From Paraspadella gotoi (Eukaryota > Animalia > Chaetognatha), in the NCBI GenBank assembly GCA_051294375.1, contig CM119270.1:15561845-15625844 (forward strand): a stretch of DNA of 64,000 nt, given 5' to 3'. Positions within the stretch are counted from its first letter, which is position 1. Each line of letters opens with the position of its first letter. A program made the position numbers and the translations under genes. This document shows, piece by piece, positions 61,147 through 64,000 of the stretch. The notes below the pieces were generated by a model. The model saw only the letters and a program-made list of their open reading frames with translations, did not search any database and was not told the origin of the DNA.

Positions 61147-63977
61147 CTTCTTGAAACATTACAACAAACATTGCGAACGCTTTAGGAAGACTATTTAAAC
61201 AAGGCAGATAGAATATCAAAGTGAGCCATTGAAACAGATTTTTAAAGAGGTTCTCCATCGATCCGGTATTCTGACAACAAACGATTCCATCAATCCCGCT
61301 CCATTTGATTATGAGTTTCCATGAGGGACATCCAATCAAGATAAACTGGTTTTGTTCGGTGGCCGTTTTAATTTCCGCCTCCGTCACTGACTCTACACAT
61401 TTAGCCTCGATGAAGCTCTCATCGGGAAATCCCAAATTTAAAAGGGGATCGTCGTCCGGGTTTCGCTGGGACGTCGCGCTTGGGAGCAAAGTCCTTGATG
61501 ATTCCGAGCAGAGCACGAGCAACGAAAGACGTGAAGCTTTGGTAGGAAGAGTAGAGAAAGAAGCAGCGTCGTTCCTTGAATCGAGAGATGGAGACGGGTC
61601 TTCCAATCCGCGAGACTCAGTTCGTCGGATCGATCGAAGGGAGTCGTTCGACGAATCAGAGCCATCCTCTAGCGGTCGCAGCCTCTCGTCCGGGGCACAG
61701 AAATTCGGCCAGAGTCGAATCGAACGACGAGGAATATTTCCAAGAGACGAGGTCGCCTCGCGCGGAGTCATCGGGTTTTTAGAATAGATTTGTTCGGAAG
61801 TCTCGGCGCTGCAAGGCGCGTGCTTGGCCGCGTCGCCGAACGCGTGCTTGGCGGCGTCGCGCTCGTACTCGGCGCCGCGGATCGGCGCCTCTCCGACCCG
61901 AAAGAACTTCCCCCTCTTTCCCCGGTCGCCTCTCAGTCTCGCTTTAAATTCTTTCCCGCCTCCCGCACGATGACGTTTTTTCCTCCTTCTGCTTCTTCCT
62001 CTATTTTCTTCGGGCCGCCGGTTGAGGTCGCGGGTCGCGAAGATGGTGACCTCTCGCTCGCCTCTTCTCCTTCTTCCTCGCTCCATTCTCCTTCTTCCTC
62101 CCTCCCCTTTTTCTCTCCTCCGTTTCCTCTGCTGACTCGGCCGTCCCTCTCCAGAAGACAAAGGGCAGTTCTGGTGAAAATGGACGGAGCTGCCTTGTTT
62201 TTCAATGGGATAAGTTATTTCTCGGTCGTTGTAGGTGCGGGCGTCGCCGCCGCCGCCGCCGCCGACGGCGCAACCGACGCCCACTTTGCTTTGGTCGTTT
62301 GACGCGGCGTCGCGGTGAGGCATTACGGCGTCGCGAGAGTTTTTGACTGTCATTTTCGCTGCTGCCGCCACTGCCGCAGCCGCAGCCGCAGCCGCCGTCA
62401 AGCCCGGGCGTTCGCCGCGCCCTTTCCATTCTCTCTCCCATTTTCGTTTCCTCTCTGTTTTTTCGTTTTCGCCCGGGGGAGACATTCTGACTCTATGGTG
62501 TTTGCCGGCGCCGATCAAAAGGCTCAAGGCGGCCCTCGAATCGCCGCCCATCGCGTTGGGCCACATCGGGCTCTGACCCATCGGGCACGGCCCCAGCGGG
62601 CTCGGCGGCTTCGAAGCGGTCAGGATATCTATCCCGATATCGCGGCGCAATTCTTCCATCAGCCTCGTCAATGATATCCTAGCCAATTCCAACAGCAACA
62701 GCGTGTCGATCAAGTTTGAATGAGCTTGGAAACTCACCCCCGCTCCCGCCGTTGGTGGAGATTCTGGCATCGATGAAGGCGTCGATGAATTCTGCAACGC
62801 AATAACTGGCGTCGATGTCGCGGAACAGGGGAGAATCAACGACGAAGACGACGACGACGATGATGCCGACGACGAATCCCCGGATTTCATTTTCGTTCTT
62901 AGCGCGGATTCCGTCGTCCCTTTTATCCCAGATGTCGTTGTCTTCGCAGTCGCTTTCGTTTTCCGCACAAATCGGGTTTTATCTTTTTTCCTCGATTTTT
63001 TCGCAGCGAAATGTTTTGTCTGTATTTTCAATCGATGCGTCGGATTCGCCGTTGCTCCTTTCAAAGTTTTTCCTTTCGCCGATTTGGACGAGATGAGAAG
63101 CGGATCGCCGCGGGACGGCGAGGAAATCCCCGTCGTCCATGGGGATTTCGAAGACGAAAGTCTAATCGTAGATTCGATGTTTACGCGCGAATTACGAGAG
63201 GTAGTTTCCGGTGGCAGAGGAGCGAGCGACGACGATGGCGACGATGAGAACGACGATGACGACGAACTCGGGCCGGAGGAAATCTCGGTCGTCTAAAAGA
63301 AAGTTAAAGGAAGATACGAAGATGAGTCAAAAAATCCGATAACTTACGAAATTGCTACGACCAATATAAAATTATCCGTACATTCAATGAATAACTTTGG
63401 ACAGATTTCTAAAAAGACGACAACCACCATAACGCTTTACTTCGTGCTCGCACACACAGATCACTCTCACTCACGCACACACACACACACACAAAAGATT
63501 TCTAAAAATCTCGTTTGAAAAAACAAAAAACCGTCGCTTACCGTAAAATCGATTTTTCCGATTTCCCAGTTTACGGTTTCCTCGCGAGAAGTAAGAGACT
63601 CGACTTCCAGGATGCCAGTTCCCCGTCTGCCCGCTCCTGGGCTCTCAAATGCCCGCCTGTCCGCTCCCGGGCTCTCAAATGCCCGGATGTCCGCTCCCGG
63701 GCTATCGAACGCCCTTCTCTCTGTTTCTGGGCTATCGAACGCCCGCAGGTCGGCTGCGCAACATTCCGATTCCAAGCGACGCAAAAGTCTTCGCAACATT
63801 TCGCGTTTTCGTCGTAATCTTTGTTGTCGTTGTCGCTGGCGCCGTTGAAGCTGCTGTAGCTGTTGTTGTTGTAGTTGCTGCTGCTGCTGAGGCGGCCCCG
63901 CGGAAGCGAGCGCGCTCGTCTCGGCCGGAGGCTCCATGTCAGACTCCAGTGGAGGCCTGATTGATTCCGCGAGGCGC
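57530..63977 (-). CDS. Large (>2,060 aa) membrane protein with one Ig domain, a TM helix and a long cytoplasmic tail; last two exons, 5' end probably outside the window
   Basis: Exon 63542-63977 (CTCCCAG acceptor, GTAAGC donor, phase 0) joins in frame to a single exon 57530-63292 (TTTTAG acceptor) containing the 1844-aa ORF. Ig domain ~59377-59660 (VCARVGTDVELICS...ISWER...WILLVKKVVATDGGVYRCKAQ...FSLTV, with C-W-DxGxYxC). TM ~59271-59345 (GTIIGVIVTVLIMVVLFIICLFILW) followed by RRNYFKKHK. Signal-peptide-like segment ~59760-59845. Confidence 0.85.
61051..61145 (-). repeat. (GAT)n microsatellite encoding a poly-Ser tract inside the giant exon
   Basis: GATGATGAT... on the plus strand; in frame as a long S run in the 1844-aa ORF. 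Confidence 0.9.
63620..63750 (-). repeat. Coding 30-bp tandem repeat (10-aa unit RAF[D/E]SPGA[D/G]R) x4
   Basis: Translation RAFDSPETER RAFDSPGADI RAFESPGADR RAFESPGAGR; plus-strand DNA unit resembles CGCTCCCGGGCTCTCAAATGCCCG. Confidence 0.9.
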
Positions 63978-64000
63978 CTGGGAGATTAAAAAAGCCCGTT

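Noticed and set aside
61305-63296. Plus-strand ORFs opposite the giant exon as an overlapping gene
   Set aside because: Short, discontinuous and confined to the GC-rich part; consistent with antisense shadows.

Overview
This is animal (probably invertebrate) nuclear genomic DNA, not prokaryotic. It has spliceosomal GT-AG introns, mostly GC/CpG-rich exons, AT-rich introns and many (GA)n/(GAAA)n microsatellites. I reconstructed four protein-coding genes by hand from splice sites and reading-frame phase. (1) 1-8624 (+): the 3' 13 exons (~1,410 aa) of an unidentified, disordered Q/H/S-rich signalling-type protein ending PPPTY...AIFI*. (2) 39265->20625 (-): a complete 28-exon voltage-gated calcium channel alpha2-delta subunit (CACNA2D family, ~1,090 aa). 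Its last 4-5 exons plus 3'UTR occur three times in tandem (~9.5-23.4 kb), next to 25-N gaps and with many 1-bp indels, so this is most likely a long-read gap-filling artefact. (3) 54041->43006 (-): a 12-exon, ~960-aa orphan low-complexity/coiled-coil protein. Its introns hold a Penelope-type hammerhead ribozyme core and an unidentified ~270-nt highly structured element. (4) >63977->57530 (-): a gene ending in one 5.76-kb uninterrupted exon. There, an internal signal-peptide-like segment, one Ig domain, a TM helix and a long tail follow ~1,300 aa of N-terminal sequence, including an AT-rich, stop-free linker that reads like noncoding DNA. This is the most unusual feature. Also present: a 71-bp minisatellite with higher-order structure, a 26-bp 3'UTR repeat and short dispersed repeats. 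All homology statements come from recalled family motifs; no searches were run.
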